From an uncultured Alphaproteobacteria bacterium (GTDB taxonomy: Bacteria; Pseudomonadota; Alphaproteobacteria; Acetobacterales; Acetobacteraceae), in the NCBI GenBank assembly GCA_963696645.1, contig CAVOKY010000011.1, forward strand, positions 470,858 through 534,857: a stretch of DNA of 64,000 nucleotides. The letters are read 5' to 3'. Positions 29,656 through 38,988 of this stretch are shown in pieces. Within the stretch, counting starts at the first letter, position 1. The number at the start of each line of letters is the position of its first letter. A program made the translations under genes and the position numbers. The notes beneath the pieces were generated by a model, which was given only the letters and a program-made list of their open reading frames with translations, ran no database searches and was not told where the DNA came from.

Positions 29656-30747
29656 TCACTGCGGCGGATGCCAGTCGAACCGCCCGGCGAGCCATTGCCG
29701 CAACGCGAGCAAGGCGTTCGCGTTGGCGGCGGTTGCGACGATGTTGATGGTGGCGACCGGCCCGCCATTCCCACGGACGTTGAGCGAGGCGCCGGTTGCC
29801 TGCACGGCGGCGGCAGCGGCGGCATCCGTGCCGGCTTGTCGCCACAGCGAGACCATCGCCGCCGGCGTCAGTTGTGGCAGGACCAGCGCGAACTCCAGTC
29901 GCGCGGCCGCCGCAACAGCGCACCATGCGTGATACAGCGGATCGTTCGGTTTGCCGCCGGATCGCGTCTCGTACAGTTCGGCAAAATGCGGCACGTCTGG
30001 AAATGCAGGGTCGCGGGTCGGCCGCCCGGCATCATCGATGGCGCCGAGCGTGAACAGCGACTGCGCGCCGACCGCAGCGAACGCTTCGAATTGCTCGAGC
30101 ACATTGGGACCGCGCAGCAGCACCGCATCCACCGCTCCCTGCGTGAAGGCATTGCGCGCCGCGTCCTGTTCGGTCAGGCCGAACACCGGTTGGATGTGTG
30201 TGCCCAGCAGGTGGATACCGAGTAACGCGGCCAGGTCGAGGCTGGCGGGCGCGGCGGCAGCGGGACGCGCATCGCCATCGGGCGCCAGCGCAGCCGGCAG
30301 GCCGACCACGATGCCGGAACTCAGCCCCGCCATCACCGGTACCCAGTGTCCAACGTCGAACTGCACCCTGGAATCGCCGACCATCCAGGCGAGCGCTGCC
30401 TGACCAGGCGCCAGCAGGACCGTCATGCCGTCCGGCGCACCGCGTGCCTCGAACCGATTGGCGCCGGTGACGCCATCGGCGGCACCGATTTCGAAACGGT
30501 GGATCGATGTATCGCCCGGCAGCGATTGCTCGAGCGCCGGCAGCAGTACATCGGCCCACCGGTTCAGCGCCCCGTCGCCCGGCCCGGCGACGAGAAGATT
30601 GGCGCCCTCCGGAAACGGCACGGCCGCAACAGGCGGTGCGGCGGCAAACGCTGGCGCGGCCGATGGCGTCTCAGACCGCATCAGGGCGGGCAAAGCGGTC
30701 AGCGCTGCAAGCAGGTGCCGCCGGCCAGGCTTCGGCAGGTCGATCAT
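29656..30747 (-). CDS. periplasmic substrate-binding protein, divergent TctC/Bug-like, Tat signal
   Basis: MIDLPKPGRRHLLAALTALPAL has a twin-Arg signal. The core LLVAGPGDGALNRWADVLLPALEQSL...IGAADGVTGANRFEARGAPDGMTVLL follows the TctC pattern (GGxxD...L...G..G...PDG.T.L). The frame is intact. Confidence 0.5.
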   Translation of the reverse strand: MIDLPKPGRRHLLAALTALPALMRSETPSAAPAFAAAPPVAAVPFPEGANLLVAGPGDGALNRWADVLLPALEQSLPGDTSIHRFEIGAADGVTGANRFEARGAPDGMTVLLAPGQAALAWMVGDSRVQFDVGHWVPVMAGLSSGIVVGLPAALAPDGDARPAAAAPASLDLAALLGIHLLGTHIQPVFGLTEQDAARNAFTQGAVDAVLLRGPNVLEQFEAFAAVGAQSLFTLGAIDDAGRPTRDPAFPDVPHFAELYETRSGGKPNDPLYHAWCAVAAAARLEFALVLPQLTPAAMVSLWRQAGTDAAAAAAVQATGASLNVRGNGGPVATINIVATAANANALLALRQWLAGRFDWHPPQ

Positions 30748-30840
30748 CCCGGTCCCCCAAGGGATCTTCCTATCCCCGAACCGCCCCGCAGGCAAAGCGG
30801 CGGCCGGCCGGGGATGCCGGCGGGGATTATGCCCAGGGGC

Positions 30841-31356
30841 TCATTCGTCGTAGGAGACCAGCGCCTCGCACGGCACATCGAGCCGCGCGCGGCCGTTGAG
30901 GAAAGTCAGTTCGATCAATGCCGCCGCCGCAGGCACCACCGCGCCGACCTGCCGCAGCAGCGCGATGCTGGCCGCCATCGTGCCTCCGGTCGCGAGCAGA
31001 TCATCCACCACCACCACACGCTGGCCAACTTCAACCGCATCGGCCTGCACCTCGATGCGATCGGTGCCGTATTCCAGCGCGTAATTCAGTCCGACCGTGA
31101 TGCCCGGCAGCTTGTTGCGCTTGCGCAGCATGACGAAGCCGCAGCCGAGTTTCAACGCGAGCGGTGCGGCGATCAGGAAGCCACGGCTCTCGACGCCGGC
31201 GAGCAGATCCGGCTGATAGACGCGCACCGCCCGCGCCATGCGACCCATCGCGACCTGCCACGCATCGGCATCACGCAGCAGGGTGGAGATGTCGTAGAAC
31301 AGGATGCCGGCCTTGGGAAAATCCGGAATGCTCCGGATGTGGTCCTTGAGGTCCAT
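30841..31356 (-). CDS. apt: adenine phosphoribosyltransferase
   Basis: [27 protein letters not shown]...[20 protein letters not shown]...[16 protein letters not shown] is canonical Apt with the PRPP-binding motif. Confidence 0.92.
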   Translation of the reverse strand: MDLKDHIRSIPDFPKAGILFYDISTLLRDADAWQVAMGRMARAVRVYQPDLLAGVESRGFLIAAPLALKLGCGFVMLRKRNKLPGITVGLNYALEYGTDRIEVQADAVEVGQRVVVVDDLLATGGTMAASIALLRQVGAVVPAAAALIELTFLNGRARLDVPCEALVSYDE

Positions 31357-31540
31357 GCGTGCCGGATGCCTTTCTGGGTGGGAAGCCGCCAAGGGATGTA
31401 GAACGCTGACGTGGCGGCCGCAACAAATGCCGATCGGACCGGATATCCCGGTTGCGTGGGCCGTTGATATTATCCGCCCGCATGTCGGGCTGCGGCTTGC
31501 TCGTTCGTCCTGAGAGATGGTGCAGCCGAAGGAGTGACAA

Positions 31541-31906
31541 ATGCTCTACGCGATTCTTTGCTATCACAATGAAGATGTCGTCAGTGCCTGGAGCAGGGAA
31601 GAGGATGCCGCCGTCCTCGCGAAGCGCGCGACGGTCACACGTGGCCTGGCCAGTGCGGGGAAACTCGGACCTGTCGCTCGCCTCATGCCGACGACCGCGG
31701 CGGTAACCGTAAGGTCGGGCAACGAGCCGCTTGTCATCGACGGCCCGTTCGCCGAGACCAAGGAACAGCTGCTCGGCTTCTACATCGTTGATTGCGCGAC
31801 ACTCGAGCAGGCCATCGAAATCGCCGGTCGAATGGGACATGGTGAATCGGGCGCACTCGAGATCCGGCCGGTGCGCCTGTTCGAGCCAGGCAGTGACGTG
31901 GCGTGA
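31541..31906 (+). CDS. YciI family protein
   Basis: [14 protein letters not shown]...[31 protein letters not shown] is a YCII/DGPF-type domain. Its stop overlaps the GTG start of the sigma-factor gene (GTGA), a usual pairing. Confidence 0.8.
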   Translation: MLYAILCYHNEDVVSAWSREEDAAVLAKRATVTRGLASAGKLGPVARLMPTTAAVTVRSGNEPLVIDGPFAETKEQLLGFYIVDCATLEQAIEIAGRMGHGESGALEIRPVRLFEPGSDVA

Positions 31907-33156
31907 CCGACTTCGCCTGGATTGACACCGCGCTGAAGTCCGCTCGGCCCCAGGCGACCGACGCGCTGCTGCGCTACTTCCGTGATCTCGACCAGGCCGA
32001 GGAAGCCTTCCAGGAAGCCTGTCTTCGCGCGTTGAAGAGCTGGCCCATCAACGGTCCGCCGCGTGATCCCGCCGCGTGGCTCATCCTGGTCGGGCGCAAC
32101 GCTGAGCTCGACGATGTGCGTCGTCGCAATCGGCACGAGCCACTGCCGCCTGAGGAAGTCGTGTCGGATCTCGACGATGCCGAAGCGGATCTCGCGGAGC
32201 GGCTCGACAGCTCGCGCTATCGCGACGACATGCTGCGCCTGCTGTTCATCTGCTGCCATCCCGAGCTGCCGGCAACTCAGCAGATCGCGCTTGCGCTGCG
32301 CATAGTTTCGGGGCTTTCGGTGAGCGAGATCGCGCGCGCATTCCTGGTCAGCGAGACCGCCATGGAGCAGCGGATCACCAGGGCGAAGCGCCGCATCGCG
32401 CAAGCACAGTTCCCGTATGAAACGCCAGGCGCGATCGAGCGGAGCGAACGGCTGGCAGCGGTTGCGGCGATGATCTACCTGCTGTTCAACGAGGGCTATT
32501 CAGCGAGTGGCGGCACCGCACACATCCGCGTGCCGCTGTGCGAGGAGGCCAACCGGCTCGCTCGTCTGCTGCTTCGGCTGTTCCCGACCGAACCCGAGAT
32601 CATGGGCCTGACTGCGCTGCTTCTGCTGCAACATGCGCGCGCGCCCGCACGGCTCGATACCGACGGCGAGATTGTGCTGCTGGAAGATCAGGACCGTGGC
32701 CTGTGGCATCACGACATGATCGGTGAGGGACTGACGCTGGTGGAAAAGGCGCTGCGGCATCGGCGTCCGGGCACGTATCGGGTGTAGGCCGCGATCGCCG
32801 CACTGCATGCGCGCGCGGCGCGGTTCGAGGACACCGACTGGGGCGAGATCGATCAGCTCTATGCCGTGCTGGAGAGGTTGCAGCCGTCGCCGGTGGTGAC
32901 ACTCAACCGCGCCGTTGCGGTCGCCCGATTGCATGGCCCGGCGGCGGCGCTGGCGATGATCGAGCCGCTCGCCGCGCAGCTTGCCGGCTATTTCCATTTC
33001 TTTGGCGTAAAGGGCGCGCTGCTCACGCAACTGGGGCGCACCGCGGAGGCGCGCACCGCCTTCGACCAGGCCATCGCGCTGGCGCTTACTCCGGCCGAGG
33101 CCGCGCACATCCGGCTGCATCTCGATCATTTGACCAGACAGAACCCACCGGCGTGA
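31903..33156 (+). pseudogene. ECF-type RNA polymerase sigma factor (YciI-associated, long C-terminal domain) interrupted by an in-frame TAG
   Basis: Region 2 is AEEAFQEACLRALKSWP...PAAWLILVGRNAELD. Region 4 is LRIVSGLSVSEIARAFLVSETAMEQRITRAKRRI. ORF 31903..32787 and ORF 32866..33156 are in the same frame. They are separated only by TAG 32785-32787, within ...GTYRV*AAIAALHARAARFED, where relatives as I recall have PYQ(L/V)QAAIAA. Confidence 0.7.
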
Positions 33157-33276
33157 TGGCGCGGCGCCGCGCGCGCCGCACTAGAAAAATCGGCGTCGCT
33201 GTCGGATCGCTGCCGGTTCGTGCGTCCTTGGTTTGCGAACCCGTCCAGCAATGCAGCAACCGAAGGAGATGCATCG

Positions 33277-33696
33277 ATGCGTTTCATGATCATCGTCAAG
33301 GCCAACAAGGACAGCGAAGCGGGCGTGATGCCGAGCCGCGAACTGCTGACCGAGATGGGCAAGTTCAACGAGGCGCTGGTAAAGGCCGGCATCATGCTCG
33401 CGGGCGAGGGCCTGCAGCCAAGCTCGAACGGCGTGCGCGTCAGCTTCCCCGGCGGCAGGCTGACTGTCACCGACGGCCCGTTCCCCAACGCCAACGAGCT
33501 GATCGCTGGGTTCTGGCTTTGGCAGGTGAAGTCACGGGACGAGGCCCTCGAGTGGCTACGGCGTAGCCCGTTCGGCGAGGGGGCCGAGCTCGAGGTCCGC
33601 CGGGTGTTCGAGGTGGAGGATTTCGGCGGTGAGCTGACGCCCGAACTCAAGGAACAGGAACAGCGTCTGCGCGCGCAGACGGCCAACAGGCAATAA
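33277..33696 (+). CDS. YciI-like (DGPF domain) protein
   Basis: MRFMIIVKANKDSEAGVMPSRELLTEMGKFNEALVKAGIMLAGEGL...VTDGPFPNANELIAGFWLWQVKSRDEALEW. ATG 33277 has an upstream GGAG. Confidence 0.75.
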   Translation: MRFMIIVKANKDSEAGVMPSRELLTEMGKFNEALVKAGIMLAGEGLQPSSNGVRVSFPGGRLTVTDGPFPNANELIAGFWLWQVKSRDEALEWLRRSPFGEGAELEVRRVFEVEDFGGELTPELKEQEQRLRAQTANRQ

Positions 33697-33729
33697 TTCG
33701 CGGCACGTCCGCAGCAACAGGAGAATGCG

Positions 33730-34143
33730 ATGCAACTGAACTCGTATCTGCATTTCGCTGGCGAATGCGAATCGGCCATGCAGTTCTATGCGAAGGTGCT
33801 TGGCGGCGAGATCGTCGCGATGATGCGCTATACAGGCTCGCCGGCGGAACAGCATGTGCCCGCCGAATTGCGCGACAAGATCATGCATGCCCGGCTGATC
33901 GTGGGAGACAAGGTGCTAATGGCGTCCGACGTGCCGCCGGATCGGTATGATGCGATGAAGGGCTTCGCCGTGACGCTGGGCATCGACGAACCGGCCGAGG
34001 CGGAGCGCGTGTTCCATGCGTTGGCGGACGGTGGAACGGTGCGGATGCCGATCCAGCAGACCTTCTGGGCCACGCGCTTCGGCATGCTGGTCGATCGCTT
34101 CGGCACACCATGGATGATCAACTGCGAGCAGCTGCCTGGGTGA
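33730..34143 (+). CDS. VOC/glyoxalase-fold protein (PhnB/YjdN-like)
   Basis: MQLNSYLHFAGECESAMQFYAKVLGGEIV...IMHARLIVGDKVLMASD...IQQTFWATRFGMLVDRFGTPWMIN is the typical PhnB-like pattern. Confidence 0.75.
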   Translation: MQLNSYLHFAGECESAMQFYAKVLGGEIVAMMRYTGSPAEQHVPAELRDKIMHARLIVGDKVLMASDVPPDRYDAMKGFAVTLGIDEPAEAERVFHALADGGTVRMPIQQTFWATRFGMLVDRFGTPWMINCEQLPG

Positions 34144-34188
34144 AAGGCCCGCGGCCGCGTGGGGCGGAAAGGCGCAGCGCGCTCCGCC

Positions 34189-35073
34189 CTACGCAGCTCC
34201 AAGCACGCGCCCTGCCACCGCGTCCAGCTTGGCGACCAGGCTGGGATCGCGCATGTGGCTGGCGGTGATGATCGCGTTGTCCAGCGCCCGGTCGCAGCCG
34301 GCCGGGCACAGATCTCGCGCGGCTGGCCGATCTCGGGCACGACGTGCTCGCACCAAGGCCCGCGCCTTGTCGGCGTTGTCGAGCAGCACGCGCACCACCG
34401 CCTCGACCGTGACGTGGTCGTGGTCGGGATGCCAGCAGTCGAAATCGGTCACCATCGCGACGGTCGCGTAGTTCAAAGCTCGGCCTCGCGCGCGAGCTTG
34501 GCCTCCGGCATGTTGGTCATGCCGATGACGCTGCAGCCCCAGGACCGGTACAGCTCGCTCTCGGCCTTGGTGGAGAATTGCGGCCCTTCCATCACCAGAT
34601 AGGTGCCGCCGCGCGTCACCGGCAGACCCAGCCCGCTGCGCCGCCGCTTCCAGCGCATCGCCGAGGCGCGCGCACACCGGATGCGCCATCGACACATGCG
34701 CCACCACGCCCTCGCCGAAGAAGCTCTTCTCGCGCGCGAAGCTGCGGTCGATGAACTGGTCGACGATGACGAAATGCCCCGGCGGCAGTTCCGGCTTCAG
34801 GCTGCCGACCGCGGAGAGCGACAGCACGTCGGTGACGCCGGAGCGCTTCAGCGCATCGATGTTGGCGCGATAGTTCAGATGCGTCGGCGACAGCGGATGG
34901 CCGCGCCCGTGTCGCGGCAGGAACACGCAGCGCACGCCGCCCAGCCGGCCGAACAGCAGCGCATCGGACGGCGTGCCCCACGGCGTGGCGACCTGCCGCC
35001 AGGCCTTGTCCTCCAGCCCGTCGATGTCATACAGGCCGGAGCCGCCGATGATGCCGATGACGGGCTGGATCAT
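34189..35073 (-). CDS. mtnP: S-methyl-5'-thioadenosine phosphorylase (ORF open, but with two internal out-of-frame segments)
   Basis: [17 protein letters not shown]...[27 protein letters not shown] and [24 protein letters not shown] are canonical. The conserved block [50 protein letters not shown] lies in a different frame (ORF 34473..34697). [10 protein letters not shown] (about 34300-34330) is also displaced. Confidence 0.8.
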   Translation of the reverse strand: MIQPVIGIIGGSGLYDIDGLEDKAWRQVATPWGTPSDALLFGRLGGVRCVFLPRHGRGHPLSPTHLNYRANIDALKRSGVTDVLSLSAVGSLKPELPPGHFVIVDQFIDRSFAREKSFFGEGVVAHVSMAHPVCARLGDALEAAAQRAGSAGDARRHLSGDGRAAILHQGRERAVPVLGLQRHRHDQHAGGQARARGRALNYATVAMVTDFDCWHPDHDHVTVEAVVRVLLDNADKARALVRARRARDRPAARDLCPAGCDRALDNAIITASHMRDPSLVAKLDAVAGRVLGAA

Positions 35074-35103
35074 GCCAACCCCCTGTCAGGGGGGCGCGTC
35101 ACC

Positions 35104-35876
35104 TCAGTGCACGTCCGACCAGACCTTGCGCTTCACCGCGTAGGTCAGGCCGGTCATGCAGCAGCAGGAACAGCACCACGCGCCAGCCGATCTGCTTGCG
35201 CTGGACCAGTTCCGGATTGGCGGCCCAGGCCAGGAACGTCACCACGTCGTGCGCCTCCTGCTCGACCGATGTTCGGCGTGCCGTCGGCGTAGGTCACCTG
35301 CCCGTCGTGCAGCGGCTGCGGCATGGCGATCTGATGGCCGGGGAACATACTTGTTGTAGTTCATCCCCGTCCTGCATCTTGAATCCCGGGCGGCGCATCG
35401 GCGAAGCCGGTCAGGATGGCATAGACGTAGTCGGCGTGGCCCTCGCGCGCATTGACGATCAGCGACAGGTCAGGCGGCAGCGCGCCGTTCAGCGCCGCGC
35501 GCGCCGCCTTCTCGTTGGGGAAGGGCGAGCGGAACTGGCTGGCCGGCGTTGCCGGGCCGTCCTTCGGATTGCCCTGGTCGTCCGACGCCCTGCGGCACCG
35601 TGACCGCGGCGGCGATCGCCTTGATCTGGTCCGTCGGTCAGGCCGATGCCGGCAAGGTCGCGGTAGTGCAGGTACTGCATCGAATGGCAGGCCGAGCAGA
35701 CCTCGGAATACACCTGGAAGCCGCGCTGCGCGGCCGCGAGGTCGAAGGTGCCGAACGGGCCGTCGAAGCTCCAATGCTGCGGCGGCGGCGATGGGCTTCG
35801 TCCTGTGCCCACGGCAGGCGACGCGCACGACGGCGGCGAGCAGCGCGGCGGCCAGAAGCTGACGCAGCGCGCGCAT
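35104..35876 (-). pseudogene. petC: cytochrome c1 (ubiquinol-cytochrome c reductase subunit), multiply frameshifted
   Basis: ATG 35876 overlaps the petB stop (TGATG). The pieces are [15 protein letters not shown] (signal), [36 protein letters not shown] (CxxCH heme motif, ORF 35489..35812), [42 protein letters not shown] and LTYAVKRKVWSDVH* ending at 35104. They lie in different frames; I count at least 5 frame changes. Confidence 0.8.
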
Positions 35877-37152
35877 CACGCCTTCTCCATCGGCTTGGCG
35901 GCGGCACCGGACGGCATCGGCCCGCCGCCGCCGCCGATGACCGGACGGCTGATGCTCTCCGGCAGCGGCAGCGGGCGCTCCAGCTTGCCGAGGATCGGCA
36001 GGATCACCAGGAAATGCAGGAAGTAATACAGCGTGCAGACGCGGCTGAGCACCACCCAGATGCCCTCCGGCTTGTGCGCGCCGCAGATGCCCAGCACGAT
36101 CACCGCGGCCACCCAGACCCAGATCAACTGGCGGATAGATCGGCCGGAACCGCGCGCTGCGCACCGGCGAGGTGTCCAGCCAGGGCAGCACGAACAGGAT
36201 CAGGATCGAGCCGAACATCATGCACACGCCCAGCCAGCTTGTTCGGCACCGAGCGCAGGATCGCGTAGTACGGCAGGAAGTACCACTCCGGCACGATGTC
36301 GGCCGGCGTCTGCAGCGGATTGGCCGGGATGAAGTTGTTCGGATCGCCCAGGAAGTTCGGCGCGAAGAACACCAACGCGGCGATACACGATCAGGAACAC
36401 GCAGATGCCGACGCTGTCCTTCACCGTGTAGTACGGGTGGAACGGCAGCGTGTCCTGCGGCGACTTCACGTCGATGCCCAGCGGGTTGTTCGAGCCGACG
36501 ATGTGCAGCGCGGCGACATGCAGGAACACCACGCCCACCAGCACGAACGGCAGCAGGTAGTGCAGCGAGAAGAACCGGTTGAGCGTCGGGTTGTCGACGC
36601 TGAAGCCGCCCCACAGCCAGGTGACGATCGGCTGGCCGACGATCGGGAAGGCGGAGAACAGGTTGGTGATGACGGTGGCGCCCCAGTAGGACATCTGGCC
36701 CCAGGGCAGCACGTAGCCCATGAACGCGGTCGCCATCATCAGCAGCAGGATCACCACGCCGAGCATCCACAGCAGCTCGCGCGGCGACTTGTAGGAGCCG
36801 TAGTACAGGCCGCGGAAGATGTGGATGTAGGTGACGATGAAGAACATCGACGCACCGTTCTGGTGCACGTAGCGGATCAGCCAGCCGTAGTTCACGTCGC
36901 GCATGATGTGCTGCACGGAGTCGAACGCGAGCTCGGTGTTCGGCTGGTAGTTCATCGCCAGGAAGATGCCGGTGGCGATCATGATCGTCAGGGTCACCAT
37001 CGCCAGCGCGCCGAAATTCCAGAAGTAGTTGAAGTTCTTCGGCGTCGGGAAGACCGCGTATTCCTTCTGCATCATCGTGAAGATGGGCAGGCGGGTGTCG
37101 ATCCAGTTGATCACCGGATTGGTGAAGTCGCTCTTGGTGCATGGCCGGCCAT
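35876..37152 (-). pseudogene. petB: cytochrome b (ubiquinol-cytochrome c reductase subunit), frameshifted
   Basis: The core is in ORF 36218..37114 ([16 protein letters not shown]...[41 protein letters not shown]...[15 protein letters not shown]). It continues in ORF 36124..36375 ([40 protein letters not shown]). Next comes the frame of ORF 35361..37400 ([27 protein letters not shown]), then ORF 35876..36127. I count 4 frame changes, near 37136, 36375, 36235 and 36125. The 37136 change looks like AAA shortened to AA in ccaaagagc. Confidence 0.85.
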
Positions 37153-37186
37153 GGCGGAATTCCGGTCGATTGCGGGCTGGCGCGCG

Positions 37187-37758
37187 TCAGCCGAGCTTGA
37201 TCTTGGTGTCGGATTCGAACGCGTAGGGCGGCAGGCACAGGTTGAGCGGTGCCGGCCCGTGGCGCACGCGGCCCGAGGTGTCGTACTGGCTGCCGTGGCA
37301 GGGGCAGAACCAGCCGCCCCAGTCGCCGCGCGGATCGGTCGGCTTGTTGCCCAGCGGAACGCAGCCGAGATGCGTGCAGATGCCGATCAGCACGATCCAC
37401 TGATCGTGCCCGGCCTTGACCCGCGTCGGAGTCGGTCTGCGGCTCGATAAGCTGCGACAGCTGGCACGTCCTCGGCTGACTTGATCTCGGCCGCCGTGCG
37501 GTGGCGGACGAAGATCGGCTTGCCCTGCCAGACGACGGTGATGCCCTGGCCCTCGGCGATCGGGCGTCAGGTCGACCTCGACCGAGGACAGCGCCAGCAC
37601 GTCCTGCGACGGGTTCATGTAGTCGATGAAGCGTCCAGGCGATCGCCGCGGTGCCGATGGCCGCGCCGGCGCCGGTGACCAGTTTCAGGAAATCGCGTTT
37701 GGTGACGTCGGCGGGATGGCCGTGGTGCGGCGGCGGCAGCAGACGGATCAGCCATCAT
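37187..37758 (-). pseudogene. petA: Rieske iron-sulfur subunit of the cytochrome bc1 complex, frameshifted
   Basis: The intact C-terminal half is [24 protein letters not shown]...[27 protein letters not shown], carrying both Rieske boxes (CTHLGC, CPCHGS). The N-terminal pieces lie in other frames: [50 protein letters not shown] and [27 protein letters not shown] count at least 4 frame changes. Confidence 0.8.
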
Positions 37759-37954
37759 TCCCCTCGATACGATCGCAACGCCGGCATGGCGCGGGACGCA
37801 CCAAACCGCGGACGGACCCGCGCGGCCTGCCCGGAATTCAACCCCAGACGACCGGACCCGGCCGCGGACGGCGCGCATATTAGGGTCGTGCCCGCACCCC
37901 TGCAACACGCGGCCGGCACGGGCTACCCTACGAAACTGCCAGGAACAAGCCCCC

Positions 37955-38862
37955 ATGCCGCAATCCGCCACGGAACACGTTGCACCGCCGCCACATCTCG
38001 CGCTGAAACAGCCGGCCCGGGCCTGGTTCGAGACGCTGCGCGACCGGCTGTGCGCCGCGTTCGAGGCGATCGAGGACGCGCAGGACGGCCCGCTGGCCGA
38101 GCGTCCCGCCGGCCGGTTCAGCCGGACCGCATGGCAGCGGCCGACCCCGGACGGGTCGGACGGCGGCGGCGGCGTGATGAGCGTGATGCGCGGGCGGGTG
38201 TTCGAGAAGGTGGGGGTGAACGTCTCCACCGTCTGGGGCGAGTTCAGCCCGGAGTTCCGCGCGCAGATCCCCGGCGCCGAGCAGGATCCGCGATTCTGGG
38301 CCAGCGGCATCAGCCTGGTCGCGCACATGCAGAGCCCGCGCGTGCCGGCGGCGCACTTCAACACGCGGCATGCTGATCACCACGAAGGGCTGGTTCGGCG
38401 GCGGCGGCGACCTGACGCCGATGCGGCTCGACGCGCCGGAGGCGATGGCGGACGCGGCGGACTTCCACGCCGCGTTCAAGGCCGCCTGCGACCGGCACGA
38501 CCCGGGCTATTACCCCGAGTTCAAGGCCTGGTGCGACCGCTACTTCTTCCTGCCGCACCGCGGCGAGCCGCGCGGCGCCGGCGGCATCTTCTTCGACCAC
38601 CACTTCAGCGGCGATGCCGACGCGGATTTCGCCTTCACCCGCGATGTCGGGCCGGCGTTCCTGGACGTGTTCCCTCGCATCGTCCGCCGACGGATGGCGC
38701 GAGCCATGGACGGCGGACGAGCGCGAATACCAGTTGGTGCGTCGCGGGCGCTACGTCGAGTTCAACCTGATCCACGACCGCGGCACGCTGTTCGGCCTGA
38801 AGACCGGCGGCAATGTCGAGGCGATCCTGATGAGCCTGCCGCCCGAGGTGAAGTGGCCGTGA
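37955..38862 (+). pseudogene. hemF: oxygen-dependent coproporphyrinogen III oxidase, two frameshifts
   Basis: ORF 37955.. reads [17 protein letters not shown]...[31 protein letters not shown]...[23 protein letters not shown]. It then shifts near 38365 to ORF 38370.. ([16 protein letters not shown]...[19 protein letters not shown]). It shifts again near 38700 to ORF 38614..38862 ([47 protein letters not shown]). Confidence 0.85.
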
Positions 38863-38875
38863 CAGCCGTCACCCT

Positions 38876-38968
38876 GTCATTGCAAGGAGCGCAGCGACGC
38901 GGCAATCTCCCGCCAGTGCGGCCCAACTGGCGGGAGATTGCCGCGTCGCTGCGCTCCTCGCAATGACA
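38876..38968. repeat. near-perfect palindromic REP pair (about 41-bp arms, 10-nt loop) between convergent hemF and emrB
   Basis: The left arm is tgtcattgcaaggagcgcagcgacgcggcaatctcccgccag (38876-38916). The right arm is ctggcgggagattgccgcgtcgctgcgctcctcgcaatgaca (38927-38968), with one mismatch. It may act as a bidirectional terminator. Confidence 0.85.
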
Positions 38969-38988
38969 ATTGAATCTGCTACACGCAC

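Noticed and set aside
35104-37152. Possible Bradyrhizobium-type fused cytochrome b/c1 gene (fbcH)
   Set aside because: The cytochrome b reading frame ends ...AAAKPMEKA with TGA at 35876-35878, overlapping an ATG that opens a signal peptide ([15 protein letters not shown]). These are therefore separate petB and petC genes.
35361-37400. 679-aa minus-strand ORF spanning the pet region
   Set aside because: It is not a real protein. It is an off-frame read-through that coincides with true petB/petC coding sequence only in short stretches (for example [27 protein letters not shown] and [20 protein letters not shown]). The real genes are the frameshifted petA, petB and petC.
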